From NCBI RefSeq assembly GCF_001194135.2, contig NC_068981.1, positions 107,697,811 to 107,760,208 on the forward strand: a DNA stretch of 62,398 bases, read 5' to 3'. Position 1 is the stretch's first letter. Every line of letters begins with the position of its first letter. Shown here one piece after another: positions 13,030 through 26,650 of the stretch. A program made the translations under genes and the position numbers. This DNA comes from Octopus bimaculoides. Taxonomy: Eukaryota. Under the pieces are notes generated by a model. The model saw only the letters and a list, made by a program, of their open reading frames with translations, was not told the origin of the DNA and made no database searches.

Positions 13030-13260
13030 GCATGTTCTGGGTTCGATCCAGGTGCGGCGTACATTAAACAGGTATCTACTACTGTGGCCTCAGGTTGACC
13101 AATGACTTGTGAGTGGAATTTGGCGTGTGTGTGTGTCTGTGTATCTGTGCGTGCATGCGCGCGTGCTTGTGTTTACACAGGTTTAATTCAATGTATTTAT
13201 ACTGTGTTTTATTTTATGTCCCGTAAACTTAGCAGTTTGATAATTTGTGATCAATAAAAT
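13030..13260 (+). mobile_element. Degenerate tRNA-derived SINE
   Basis: B-box gggttcgatcc and body similar to the 8.9-kb SINE, with internal GT-rich repeat. Confidence 0.55.
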
Positions 13261-13879
13261 AAATTTTGAAGTTGTACTTGTTTAGCAATTTATTTAAGCT
13301 GAGAAACTATTGAAGCTGAAGGAAGTATATCGTCGATGAATCATTTAAACCAGTTTCTTTTTTTCATCTGTGCACCACATGACCCTTGGGGGTCCATATA
13401 AGATTTTGATAAAGTTTATATGCATTAAGTTGATTTACTTCAACAATACACAAAATAGTTTAACAATTTTTTTTATACAATTCGTAATAATATTTTATCA
13501 TAAAAATATAATGGGATTTTTTAAATATCGAATAACAATGGGGGTCCAGTTGAGTAAAATAGGAATTAAAGGGGTCCACATGCAAAAAAAAAAAATACTT
13601 GAGAACCATTGATTAAAACTATCTAAAAACAAATAAAAGTGAAATTCGCAATTCATTTTTTCATTGAGATAGCATTTTTTCCACACAGCTGTGACTCAGT
13701 CACTGATATAGTTGCACTGCAACTACTTGAAATTTAGTTAACGTAAAGGCAAGTTCTAACCGGCCTTGGGTCTTTTCCCTTTCTTTCATTCTGATTGGAC
13801 TGATAGACAAATAGATCTGCTATATATGTTCATTGATCTTAACCACTTCACATCGATCGTCAATGGTCATTTCCAGGTT

Positions 13880-13980
13880 CTGTTCTTCGGTCTATGTACT
13901 GGGGTGGAATATGATCAACTAAAGTTTTGAAGGTGGTACTCCAGCATGGCAACATCTCAATGACTGAAACCTTCAAAGAA
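13880..13980 (+). mobile_element. SINE 3' tail remnant
   Basis: ttgaaggtggtactccagcatggc...aatgactgaaac matches the shared SINE tail. Confidence 0.55.
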
Positions 13981-14645
13981 TTTAAAGTAGTGAAATAATG
14001 CAGCTTCAACAGAAAATGGGACATATTTCCAGTTCTAATACCTCAATTCGACTTTTAGTGATAGATGTTACCCGGATATCGTACTACTCAACTCTGGTGA
14101 GTTGCCATATTTCGAGTAGCATGCTTGAACTATGCAAAACAACAAACTGCTTTTTTTTTTATTTTTAAAATTTTGATATCTAAATTAGATATTGAATTAT
14201 AATTTAAATGGCGTCTCACTCTAGAAAGTCAGATTCACATATCAATATCATTATCAAAATGTAGAGGGAGTGAGGAAACAAAGAACGCATGCATCCAGAA
14301 GGCTAATAAAATATTTAAATTAAAAATGTCAGGGAAGAACTTTTAGTTGATAGAGTGCACATGATGGGAGCAAGGGAAAATGCCTGAGTGTGAGTGGCGT
14401 ATACGTTGAATGAAGGTAGGTTAAATTAAAAGTGGAAGAGGGGTGATGTAGAGTATTGCAGATTTAAAAAAAAGACTAAGGTAGGTGTTGAGTGAGGAGG
14501 GGGAAAAGAGAAAATAGTTGATATTGGGAACGGAAAGCAAAGAGGAAAATAGCACTTGGAAGGTAAGGCACTGAAAGAAAATTTTGAAGTAGGAATGACT
14601 GAACATCGGAGAGAAATATCGATCACACATTCAAAAGCAACATCC

Positions 14646-14690
<45 letters not shown>

Positions 14691-15246
14691 GTAATTGGAT
14701 ACATACATACGCAAATATCATTACGTAGGATCATGTATGTAAGAAAATCTTAATTGAAAGAGATCAGAAAGAACATAACATAATTGACCCAAGGCTATTC
14801 CACTATTAGGCTTATACCACTTGAGCTTCGTAACTTTCTCAGGGGCTGATGTTCATGTTCCATATTGTGGAAGGATGCTTTGTATTGTAGAACTGCGCCT
14901 CTCCTGAAGTTATCAACCATGAATGTAAGTGGGATCAAGTTGAGGCCATCTCCAAGGTTCGAGCTTCAGAGAGGAGTAAGTCCTTGGATAAGAGTCAACG
15001 GCATGTAGTATTTATTATATGTGGAGATGTGGCGAGAGACTGCCGACTAGGCAGTGCTTTCTTGCTTCAGGCTGAGTAAGAAAGCTGTAGCTCTGTCTGT
15101 TAAGATTATGGAGTGGGGATTGTAGGACGAAGAAAGGAGACGCCAGAACTCTCCGATATCGTTGTCTAGTGCGCCGTGTAGAATATATGGACCTGATGGC
15201 AGTGTGCATAAAATGTTGAAAGGAAGCTGGAAGAATACTTTTAATG

Positions 15247-15507
15247 TTAGAGTATGTAGTATGTAGTTTGTCCGTCGGGAGACACCTTCACTTCGTTCCC
15301 CTCCCTTTTAATCATTTTCTTGAATTTTCTTAATTCCTTCAGACTCAAGTCTTCGGTTTTTTCTTTCGCCGCCTCTGCGTAATTTTTTATCTCCATTTCT
15401 TCGTCAATTCTATAAAGACATTTCACCAATTGTTCCTCAGACGACATAAAGTCTGGAGAAGAACTCAAACCTTCGTAATTTATAACGCTCCGACGACGTT
15501 CTTCCAT
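15247..15507 (-). CDS. Orphan 86-aa Glu/Lys-rich ORF (MEERRRSVINYEGL...), possible first exon; product unknown
   Basis: Real ATG, non-repetitive protein-like composition, locally high CpG content. Weak donor candidates GAA|GTGAAG and AAG|GTGTCT, both phase 0. Confidence 0.4.
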   Translation of the reverse strand: MEERRRSVINYEGLSSSPDFMSSEEQLVKCLYRIDEEMEIKNYAEAAKEKTEDLSLKELRKFKKMIKREGNEVKVSPDGQTTYYIL

Positions 15508-16321
15508 TAAACAAGATGGAAGACGTCGCACACCACCGCTGCATGATAGCCAAAAACACGCGTTTCACACAAAGACAGCAGTTCAATAACAATCAATAAA
15601 CCAGAAGCAAGCTTCTTACCACACAGCCACTCCTGCGCCTATACATACATAGTAAACTTCCTAAATAACTACTCAAATCTCCAAGGTTGCCGTTTTTTGT
15701 GGGGAAGTTTACTGTAAGTTTCTTTTCTTAACAAGGACAATTGTTTAATTCAAATATTTGAATTTTTAAAACAATTTCTTTCCAAATTACTAGAAAAATC
15801 AAAAGAAATTAACAATGAAAGAAATTAGAAAACAAACAATCCTTAGAAAAAAACACCATGAATTTTGATGAGCTCTGCAAGCTCGTTCTAGGCGAAAACC
15901 ATCCAGAAATAAGCTCTTGGTGATTCTCAATTGAAGTGATTTCTTTTTACTGACGTTGCTAATATCGTTGGGAAAGAATAAACTCCAATTTTTTCCGTTT
16001 ATTTAAAATAGAAAGAATCTGATAAATGGAACAAATACAAATAATTTTATAAATGTAATTCAAGTGAAAGATTATATATATATATATATATATATATAAG
16101 GTTGAGGAGGGTATTGGAATTAACCAAACCCAAGAGGATACAGGTAATACCGAGTAAGTGCTGTATACCGACTAGTTTTGCCCCAGTCGTTGTATGAACA
16201 GGATTGGGGGTTATAAGTCGTGTATTAGCGTGTGTATATCTTTTTATCTCTTTATCATTGCTCTCATTATCTTTTTATTTTTATATATTTACATATATAT
16301 ATATATATACATACAAATATA

Positions 16322-16946
16322 TAGTAGCAGCTAAGCCCGATTTCACCCATCTGTTTGGATGATGTGGCTGTGATCGTTTTCGATTAGGCATAATCTATAA
16401 CAGCGTTTCTCAGCCGTATCATTTCTGGTCCCTTGTTTCGATGGGACCCTCCAGCTGTATGAAAATTTCTTCCTCACACCCGTCAGAAAACAGCTTCAGG
16501 AGTTGTGAAGAACGAGTTTGTACGTAGTCTGTTTCTGAGAGCTAATTCTATTGGACCTCTGTCTTATCATCATTAAAACATTTGGCGATCTTTCGATATG
16601 GGAACACATGACTGCCACTTACAAACCACTTACAAACCATGTGTGTTTATTTACATTTTTGAAGATGATCTTTTGAAGTCGGCGTGAAAGTGAAAGTGAA
16701 AGAGACAGAGAGTGCGCGATTGTATGAGCGAAGTTCTTTTGAAGTTGGCGTGAAGCGGAAGAATTGATGTGCATGCGTGTGTGTCTATGTGTGTGTGTGT
16801 GTGTGTGAGAGAGATAGAGAGAGAGAGAGATTGTGTGTTTGTGTGTGTTTGATGGGGGTGTGCGAGACAGAATGTGTGGTGTGTATGTGAATCGCTTTTG
16901 TTAGTGTGTGTGAAGAGACAGAGAGAGAGCAATGTTGCTGGTGTGA

Positions 16947-17039
<93 letters not shown>

Positions 17040-17116
17040 NNNNNNNNNNNNNNNNNNNNNNNNNNNNNNNNNNNNNNNNNNNNNNNNNNNNNNNNNNNNN
17101 NNNNNNNNNNNNNNNN

Positions 17117-17155
<39 letters not shown>

Positions 17156-17715
17156 AAGAGAGAGAGAGAGAGATAACCGAAATTTTTTATTCACTTTTTG
17201 TAGTGAGTGAATGTGTTAGTGATTGACAGAGAAAAAGCGAGAGAGAGAGAGAGAGAGAGAGAAAGGTTATGTATGTATGTATGTATGTATACATAGATGT
17301 ATGTATCTATGTATATCCGTGAGAGAGTTAACTAAAATTTTGTTATTCACTTTTTGTAGTAAGTGAATGTGTGAGTGACTGACAGAAAAGGAGAGAGAGG
17401 TTATGTATGTATGTATGTATGTATTGCTTTGGCTGACTGTCATCCTGTACTCCCTTTGTTGCTAGCGAAATGGTATATGGCGGCTGTGTGAGCAACTGGT
17501 GGGGGAATTCCATTAGAAAAGTTTTAATCGATTTTCTCGGTAACTATGGGGGCTAGGAAAAAATACAAACCGCTTTCCAATACAAAACCACAAACCGCTT
17601 TCCGTCTCCATATGTGTGCCATTTTTCACGCGAATCCACCCAACCGTTTGGCTGTGAACCTCAAGACAAGAAAGAATACAACGATCACCCATGTCCAATA
17701 TATATTATAGAAGAT
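16322..17715 (+). mobile_element. Possible Helentron/DINE-like non-autonomous element with internal GT/GA/TATG microsatellites
   Basis: Start tagcagctaagcccgatttcaccc and end ...caaccgtttggctgtga...tattatagaagat resemble HINE/DINE-type termini. Internal microsatellites and a ~155-bp duplication (17176-17424). Confidence 0.35.
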
Positions 17716-20027
17716 ATATTATAATTTTTGGAGATCGTTGGCTAGGCCTTTTATTACCACTCCAATTGCATATGTTAATTGTAATGGTATCTAATATGGA
17801 GTTATAAAATCATGTTTGAGAGTAATTTATCTTAAAGTCATTAAAACATGAATTTTTATCACCTAAATTGATTAATTTAAGGAATAAATTTTAGTTATTA
17901 GTATCAAGAGAGCAGATGTAACCATCAAATCCAACTGTCATGAACCATTAAGGTTGATGTGAACCGTTGTATTTTCAAATTTTATCAGTCATAATCGAAA
18001 TTGAGAATATGATTGTTTTTTCATTTACAAAACATCAACAAGAATTAAGTTGAAGATTATGGCAATGAATATAAATGTGAATTGCTAAAAAAAATAGTGC
18101 CAATATATTTTCCAAACGTGGAGAGCAAAAGGTAAACTTGACAAATGAAAATTGCAAATCGATTTCGATTCTTTGTTTGCATCACATAATTTACACTTCC
18201 TCAATATTCTTTAGAATGGCATGAACAACATATATTCATAATTTTCCACAGTAAATAAAATGCATGAATTTATGCCAAAGCATAAATAAGCTTTACATTT
18301 TGATACAGATATATGCTTAATGTTGTAGACGAGCCGAGTCAGCGCTGCATTTTTAAAACTACTTGACTTCACATACATTGTTAACGCCTCGTGGGATAAC
18401 AGGAAACAGCGTATTTCACTTAGTATATAATGTTAGAAAAGAAAACTATGTGAAAAGGCTTCTAAAACTGAAAACACTAAATTTATGGAAATCTGCACCG
18501 CAAAAATCTTGCGAATCGATGCAGTGTTTTGGATTCGATTCTCGACTGAACCCGTTTCCTTTTAGTAACACATCACAAATTCCTTAAATAAAGACACGAT
18601 CGGTACGTTCTTCCTTGAATTGTATCTGCACACAAAGCCATATATTTTGGAGAGACAAACAGGATGATGTAACGTTTATTCTTTTTCCAGGCGAATCAAC
18701 GACAAAAGTAAAGCGAATTACCTTCATTCGGGAAATGAAATTGAATCATGAACGCTACTGAATAAAATCCTTTTGTTTTCTTTACATCACTCACTTTTAA
18801 GTCAAGAATTTGTACTTAAGGTAGAGCGCCGATAATGTCCAGACAATAAATAGAATGCTGCTGTAGAGACTATATTGCATCTGGTTTTGATCCATATTGT
18901 CGAGTTAAAAGCTTGTTGAAATCAAATTTGCCTTTCATCTTTTTAAGATTGATAAGTGCCTGTGATTTGTAGGAATAACTACCATTGATCCAATTGTAGT
19001 AAAAACTCTGTACTAAAAGGTCAAAATCTACCTTTAACGTAATGAGATTTTTTTAAAAATCAGGATGTTTTGATGTGAGAAAATGGTTCGTTTTATTATA
19101 TGCTAGAAGGCTCAGTGAGTGAAGATGATGGTGATTTGTGTTTCGACTTCTGTACTACAAGGTCTTCGTAGAAAAACACGTAATTCAAAATTCTAATTCC
19201 TCAAACATGTTCTGTAAAGAAGAGTAGTTCATCTGTGTAGGCAGTAAATCTATCGTATAACAAAGGAATCATTTGACACACCGAAATATTGGGATCAAAT
19301 CTCAGGGAATAGACTGGCAGTTTTATTCAAGGAGAAAGCTGTGAAAAACAGGTTTAAGCTCAAACAAACTTAAAATGGTTTTTAGAGGTAATCCACTTAA
19401 AAACAATACACTGCGTAAATTAGATCACGAAAGTCAACCTCGAAATGATTTGATATCTGAGTATAAATACAACACTTTATTCGGCACTTCACCATTTCTA
19501 CCATAGATCACCTGGTGTCCCAAATTATTTCTTACGTTATGTTCGATACTTACTTACTCTAGCGTTCAAATAATAACAAAGATTCCTGAAAATTTACTTT
19601 TACTGTATGGGGTTCAAATTCAAGTAGCTCATAGTATCGTTATCGCGAAATATTTGCAACAAATTCTTGATAACTACATTCCTATTTCCAAGCTATTTTC
19701 TGTACTGACACTATGAAGGTTAAGTACTGCCAGATACATTTTGATATTTCACAAGTGTATCTATATACACTATTTAAAACGATAGAAACAAAGAGATTAC
19801 TAAAAGTAATTGTTTAATACCAAGAAAAAAGTCAAAGACTGACCACTGTCTAGCCAAATATATCATACAGCTGTCATCAGCCATTCGTTGATGACACCGT
19901 TATTCATTAACGGCAATGTTTTGAAGGAATTTACTTACTAATAAAAACGGAAACAAACAAATAAGCACACACCCTCAGGCGCGCGCGCACTTACTCACAC
20001 ACACACACACACGTACCTATAGGCATA

Positions 20028-20061
<34 letters not shown>

Positions 20062-20184
20062 TTATAGGCAGTGATGAAGTAAAGAATTTTAGACTGTGGA
20101 TCAAAGAATAATTTCTGTATCTACTGAGTTCTTTTCCATTTCGTTTGTACAACCAAACACGCGTGCATACACCTATATATATAT

Positions 20185-20390
20185 AGCTGCAGGCATGACT
20201 GTACAGTTAAGAGGGTCACTTCACAATGATATGGTTTCAGGTTGAATTCCACTGTGCTCCAGCTTTGGTAAGTGTCTCCCACCCTAAAGACAGGCTGAGC
20301 AATGCCTTATGACTGCCTTTAGAGAATGAAAACTGTGAAACACCACTGTATACATACATACATACATACATACATACATACATACATACA
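20185..20390 (+). mobile_element. Degenerate SINE 5' half ending in (TACA)n
   Basis: Decayed A/B boxes (ggttgaattcc) and body similar to the 8.9-kb SINE. Confidence 0.55.
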
Positions 20391-21115
20391 GTTAAGTATT
20401 GAATTAAAGTCTAAATATTACATTTCTTAATTAATCTACAGGTTTATATTTTGATATTTTACGCACCAAAGCCAACAAAATTTGGTTTTTTCAATTTTCA
20501 CAATTTATACAAATTTCCATTTGTTGCAGTTTCATTTTTCGGATAGTAAAATGTTTTGAGGAAATAAACCATGTAGGAATTCAGAAAAATCTAAAACGAA
20601 AATATTTCATAAAAGATATGCAGCAATTATGAATTTACAGCCCCACCAGCATTCTCATATTAACTCAGTGTTATAAAAATATTCAGATCACTAACCCTCT
20701 TTTATTGCTGTTTTAATGGTGAAAAAGACAAAACATTTGTGAATTCAATTTATAACCCACGTTTATTTTTTTCGTTTAGCTAATTCAACTAATTAATAGA
20801 TACAGAAAGGGATGTTATACTTTCCTAGGTTTCGTCTGTAATATTAATGGCATTGTGTTTCCTGCAAAGTTTGCTTATCACTTTTCGCATTTTTTTGGTT
20901 TGTTCTTTTTTTCTTTTTGGCCAAACATTAAGCACATTTTATTGTTCAAATTCTGGAAAGGATATTAAGGAAAGGCAACTGACAGAAGCTACCAAGGCTA
21001 ATTGATAATTTTCAACAGCTATAATAATGAAGAGCTAATATAATAATAGTATTTGTAATACACACCTTTTCAACTATTCAAAGTATTTCGGTTTCTAGGA
21101 TTTTCCACAAATTTA

Positions 21116-21117
<2 letters not shown>

Positions 21118-21172
<55 letters not shown>

Positions 21173-21202
21173 GTAATAATGATGATGATGATGATGATGA
21201 TA
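21118..21202. repeat. (TAA)n/(GAT)n microsatellite
   Basis: Direct reading. Confidence 0.95.
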
Positions 21203-21204
21203 AA

Positions 21205-21803
21205 TAACCTTATGCAGTATCAATGCTCTGATGCAGTACTAGGCAGTTGCTCTCCTGGCTTTCGATCTTAACTCATTGGAAGTGTTATCATGTACATTGT
21301 TTTGTCCTGGTATAAAAGATGGGCTACAGCAAATATTCTCCTCAATACCACAGATTTACTTGTCCGTTGCTTCACTTTAACCAGTTGAGCATGTCACTTA
21401 GTGGCTGACGATATGTGCATCTCTGATCACGAGCAGAAGTAGTGGGGAAGCGTCATAGCCATGTGTTGAAAGGAATTCTTTGAGGCTGGAATAATTCACA
21501 TCTGGAAACATTGATGTTTCGTTCATCATCTCTAAACAAACCTTATTCAAAGAATTTTTGAGCGGGATGGGCTGCTTGACCTGAAGAAAATTCTAACTGG
21601 CCCCCATCTGCGAGGTCATACGTTGTTTATCCTGATATGAAATCACTATATTATGCACATATGGTTGTGATGCATGTGCCTGGTGCATCCTTATCAGACG
21701 GGTAGTCATGGTGGGCATTTTGGGCTTCGTATATTTGTACCCCAGTGTTACTTTGATGGCATGCGCTATTATTAATAATAATAATATTAATAATAATAAT
21801 AAT

Positions 21804-21868
<65 letters not shown>
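21205..21868 (+). mobile_element. Interspersed element between two (TAA)n tracts, probably the 3' end of a TAA-tailed retroelement
   Basis: Unique 560-bp segment bounded on both sides by TAA arrays (right tract about 21770-21868). No diagnostic protein motif recognised. Confidence 0.4.
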
Positions 21869-21869
<1 letters not shown>

Positions 21870-22154
21870 TGGTAATTGCGCAACCTGATAATCGCTACCT
21901 CATATGAGTGACAATGATAAAACAAAATATTGTGAATAACGGTGGTGATGAAACTGAAGCCAATGATAGTGACAGTGGTACACCCAGTAGACTCAGAGAT
22001 TGTGATCTGGCTCCAGCCTGTCGATGTAGATGGAGCAAGCAAATTAACCGCTCGAATACTCCGGAAGGTGCTTGAAAAATAAGAGGTGTTAGTTCACTGG
22101 TAGTGAACAGCTAACACTGTAATACATTTCCAGCGTTAGAAGCTGTGCAAAGGC

Positions 22155-22228
<74 letters not shown>

Positions 22229-22250
22229 TAACAATAATAATAATAATGAT
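21870..22250 (+). mobile_element. Internally deleted R4/Dong LINE (acidic linker fused to 3' end) with (TAA)n tail
   Basis: 22045-22155 is homologous to 4925-5040 (accgctcgaat...gaaaaataag...gtgaacagcta...ctgtgcaaag). Tail at 22156-22250. Confidence 0.7.
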
Positions 22251-22251
22251 A

Positions 22252-22400
22252 ATAGGCAAGAAAATCCCCTCCATGGCAATTACTGGGTTAAACTAAACGC
22301 AAAAGAAATAGACAAAGCAAAATCCTAACAATGGCTGAGAAGCAAAGGACTCAAAGCAGAGACTGAAGGATTTTTAATTGCAGCACAAGATCGTTTCTGA
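22252..22400 (+). mobile_element. R4/Dong LINE internal fragment (post-RT region)
   Basis: LHGNYWVKLNAKEIDKAKS*QWLRSKGLKAETEGFLIAAQD, a characteristic R4-clade motif. Confidence 0.8.
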
Positions 22401-23829
22401 TCAAAATATTCCCCAAAAGAAAACGGAAGAACTGCCGAACGATTTTGAAATTGTAGTAAAATATGGAGAAGGAAGTAAATAAAATATGAATAAAATGACA
22501 AAACACACACAATGCATACTTCAGGGAATCACCACTAAACAACATAGCACAACACATACGCTACACTATCAACAGCTAAAACAATACAAAATATACATTT
22601 TCATAATCGATACCCGACACTCTTAATACCGACCGCTCAAAGGAATTAGACACCTTGTTAATACCAGGAAATTTCCAGTCGTTAGCAGTTCTTATTGTAT
22701 TGGTGAGTTTTTTGCCGGCTGTGGTGGACGATGGTGAACAATGGTAAGTTACGCTTGCGATTTTATTCCTATTCTCATTATCCCGTCTGACCCATTGTTA
22801 TTTTTAATGTATTAAATATTTTTGTTCCATATTCCCTCCTAATGTGCTTGAACTTCCGTTAATGTTGCTACACCTTGCAGTGTTGTGTTTTTGCTATTGT
22901 CTCTGTAAAATCTTTTGGTATTTGAGTCAAATACCCAGCCTCCCAGAAGAAGTGCTCGCGTTTTCGAAGTGCCTTACCTTGCATTGTTTTGTCAATACGA
23001 TTTATTTACACCTTTCTTTTGATTGCATTGTCTTTTTCATGTCGGATCATTCGTTTCTATTTCGTCAAATAATGTTTGTTTCTTTTTTTCCTCTTCAATA
23101 TTATATAGTATATTCTCTTTCTATTTTTTAGTTTTGGTTGAAGAGGGCATGGCCGTTAGGATCGAATTTGATTTCATTTAGTACTACTGCTGTTACTAAA
23201 TAGATAAACTCATCTAGTTTATAGATCTTCATGAGTAGAACTACTTGCAGGACACTTCGGCGTTTATTTATTCTTTCATGGATGTTCTTGCTTGTATCTG
23301 GTTTATGCATGTGTTTACGTTGATCCATGTTCATTTCATTATATTATTTTCTTCATTTATTTCTTTTTATTATTTCTGTTATGTCATCCTAAAAGTTGAC
23401 TCCGAACTCATGTGATGCTCGTTGGTATTCTGTTTGGTGTTAAATGTGCTGTCGTAGAATTATCCTTGCGGCGGCTGTGTATTTACTTGAACGCTTTTAT
23501 ATTACTTCTATTATAGTCATTTTCGTTTTGAATTTTGTATATTTTTCTTTGTTTTTATTTCTTGCAACGTCTTATTTGTTTCTTGAGTGGTGTGTTCTGC
23601 AGTATTTTAATTTTACCTTCTGGCTCATTTAGTTTTATTTGTGCTTATCTCTAATGTGTTTCTTTCCTCGTTTTGAGTGTGGGCACTCTGATATATTATT
23701 TCATTGGTTTGTGTTAGATCGTTTTTTTAAATGTGAAAGTTGCATTATTTTCATCATGTAATTTTTCTAGGACTTGTTCTTCAATTTTTGCGATTTGCAT
23801 CATTTCTCTTTTTTCTTTTTGTTAATACA

Positions 23830-24800
23830 AGTCTGTCACAGTTATGAACTCAAACATCTGCTTCATCTGTGATCTATGAAATATAGCAGCAGCAACTTTT
23901 ATGTAAGACAACACTAGAAGACATTACTCGTATGTTGGTATAGGCTTCATTATTGTGATCTAGAATCGTGAAAAAGTATTTTTGTCATACCAAATTTTAT
24001 TTGAAGCGGAGATAGAAGGATTCTCTCCATGGATACAAGAGCATTGTGCCTTACATGCTAGGTGCCTACTGACAAGGCTGATCTTTTCTTGCAATTCTAG
24101 TTTAACATGAACATGCTGTTTCCTCTGCTTCCCGTTCTTCACCACGATCTGACATTTTAATATGAATTTCATCTGATTATTCAATGATTGAGTAATCATG
24201 TGGCACGGGTGCAATTAAAGATAGGATGTTGGATATACTAATTGTTTCCTATTTTGTGATCTTTTGTGAGATGTCTACCATTACAGAAAAGCAATCGTTT
24301 ATATGGTCTCTTGGTTCTCTCTAGATTCTAGAAATGGTAAAAGGCATGTATTTTCCGCTGATACACATCCATCCCTCTAGTGTAGATTTTCAAGTACCAC
24401 AGATTACAAGATGGGCTCTTGGAATGTTCTGCTCTTCAGTGAGAGTGCAGAATTACTTTTCATATATCAATCTGATGTATTTTTGAGCAAGTTAAAGTCC
24501 ACACACTCAATAAAAGCAGTTAATCGATTTGTTCTTGCATTGTCTAGAAGTCATCATTACACTCTCAATAACAATCAAACACTAAAATTAATACAATTTA
24601 GTCAATATTTACAAATGTGACACATAAGCAGAATATTAAAAAAAAACATCATTATATTCTTAAAATTTTTTTTTTTTTGTACAACTCTTTAGATTTTGAA
24701 ATATAACTTATAAAATACTACTAATATATACTACTTGCAGTAGAATGTTCCAGAACAATTGTAATGCCCAGTAAAATATCTTATGAATATAAAAACATAA
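23830..24800 (-). mobile_element. Chapaev-like (CMC) DNA transposase, decayed N-terminal half
   Basis: Minus frame reads HLVICGT*KSTLEGW...MPF...REPRDHINDC...APVPH, matching the WAPHxxC..WREPxxHxxDCYFC..PVPH region of this transposase family. Confidence 0.6.
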
Positions 24801-25429
24801 TATTTTCTTGGGCTTGCAAGGACAGTCTGTTTAATGTTTTATTAATAGTATCCTATTATTATGCGATACATTTCTATGAATCAACATAAATTCTATAGCT
24901 TTTCTTTCTGAAAAGATTTACATAGAGGCAGAAGTCTGATATGAATATAGTTTCAATACAGACAACGTTACGAATGATAGAAAATAATTCTTGATATAAC
25001 TGACAAAATATTGAAAAGAATTTCACCATGATGTTCAGTATGTTAGAAATAGATAAAAAAGAAGAAAAAAAACATTAAAAAAGTCAAGTTAAACAACTTT
25101 CTTTTGTATAGTATTATTTGTTCATAAACATTTTGACTTTACGAACAATTATTGACTTTACGAACTATTCAATTAACTTTGCAAATGCAAAAATATTTAT
25201 ACATCTTCATTCAAGCACATTCGTGATGAAATCCGTTTTGTTTCATCACGTTTGCTTTTTCATCTACAAGATATCCCATACATACTACATTTACAGAAAA
25301 AATATCTGATCTTGTGAGCATTGCATGTAATTTATTAATGTACTAAACTACAATTAATCATTGTTAAAATAACACTATAATGTATTGTTAGAAAAAACTT
25401 ACCACTACAGCACTGTTTCACTGTCAAGA

Positions 25430-26650
25430 CTAGTAACATGGAGTTCAGAAAGAGTGAAGCCAGCAAAAGTCTGCCATTATGCGGGGATCAGCTCACCCTT
25501 GGAACCTTGTTTCAATGGAAAGAAATGCAAGCGACTTTTTTAAAAAGTGAATCTTCAAGGACATTTTGACACCCTGCACATCAAATTAATCCAGAAGGCC
25601 AGCTACGATTGCCTTGTAGAATGTTTACAACTCTCTTTAACACAACTTCATAAGCTACTCGTTCAATGAATCTCTGAATATCTGATTCTTCATCAATTTG
25701 CGAGTGTCTGGTCCAACGAACATGCCTTCATTTATCTTTGCTTTACTTAATCGAGGAAAGATACCTTTCAATAACTTGATTGATTTCCCCTCATAGTCCA
25801 ATGGCTTCACAAAAATTTTGAAGATTCCAAGTTTAATATGTAGTGGTGGTAACATAATTACCTCATGTGAAACTATTTGTTCGTATTGAACGCTTTTATT
25901 TCTTCTTCTCCATTCATGACATGCTGGCCAATCCTGTTGACCGTAGTTTTCATTTCAAGCCCGGCTGTCCTACAGGCACAAGAAGTTCAAAAGGCATTCC
26001 AGTTAAAAAATATACAATCTTCAAGTATCCTCTAACTTACTTGAAACCAACATTTCTGATCAAGAAAAGTAACATCTTCATAGTGTCGTGTGATTCTTTT
26101 GCCTTCCTCGAATAACCCACTGGAATCCCCGGGTACACATTCACAACATGCAAAAGGACTGCCTTTCAACTGGAAAAACTGTCGTCACGGAATAATCACC
26201 AATCTATCTTGACATCAGGGAAATTCCCTGTGCTATCATCAAACCAGTAATGCCCTTTCAATAAACTATACCCACTTCATCATGTATGTCGAAAGATTCA
26301 ACAAATTTCTTCTCTCGGTGCCTGCACGTTGTTGTTTTGTTTCCTTGGGCTAAGACTCCAAAGTTTCTGAGTATTGTTCCAGCCAGGTAAGCATAATTCT
26401 TGGTAAGTCACAACTTTTGAACAAAGCGATCCAATTGTTCTTGACTTATTTTAGGGCATGAATGAGGAATTTCAAAATCCTTGTCATCCATTTGGTCCTC
26501 AAATTCAGTTTCGTCATCGGAATCATCATTTGACTTACTAATGGTTTTATTGCTTGTCACAAGAGGAATTTCATCTTCATACATCTTATGGCAGATGAAA
26601 AATTAGGATACTAGATATACTCATCAGTTTTCTTATTAAACCCCTCAACA
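25430..26650 (-). mobile_element. Chapaev-like (CMC) DNA transposase, decayed central and C-terminal part
   Basis: YPNFSSAIR, KAVLLH, LPPLHIKLGIFKIFVK..FPRLSKAKINEGMFVGP, MSLKIHF and MADFCW motifs in order, with stops and frameshifts. The superfamily name is from recall of these motifs. Confidence 0.78.

Noticed and set aside
15400-15445. Minus-strand CTGAGGA...GAAATGTC hammerhead-like string
   Set aside because: Stem II is only 2 bp, there is no stem I, and it lies inside the 86-aa ORF.
19872-19896. 8-bp hairpin TGTCATCA/TGATGACA containing CTGATGA on the minus strand
   Set aside because: No GAAA module. A short palindrome expected by chance at this window size.
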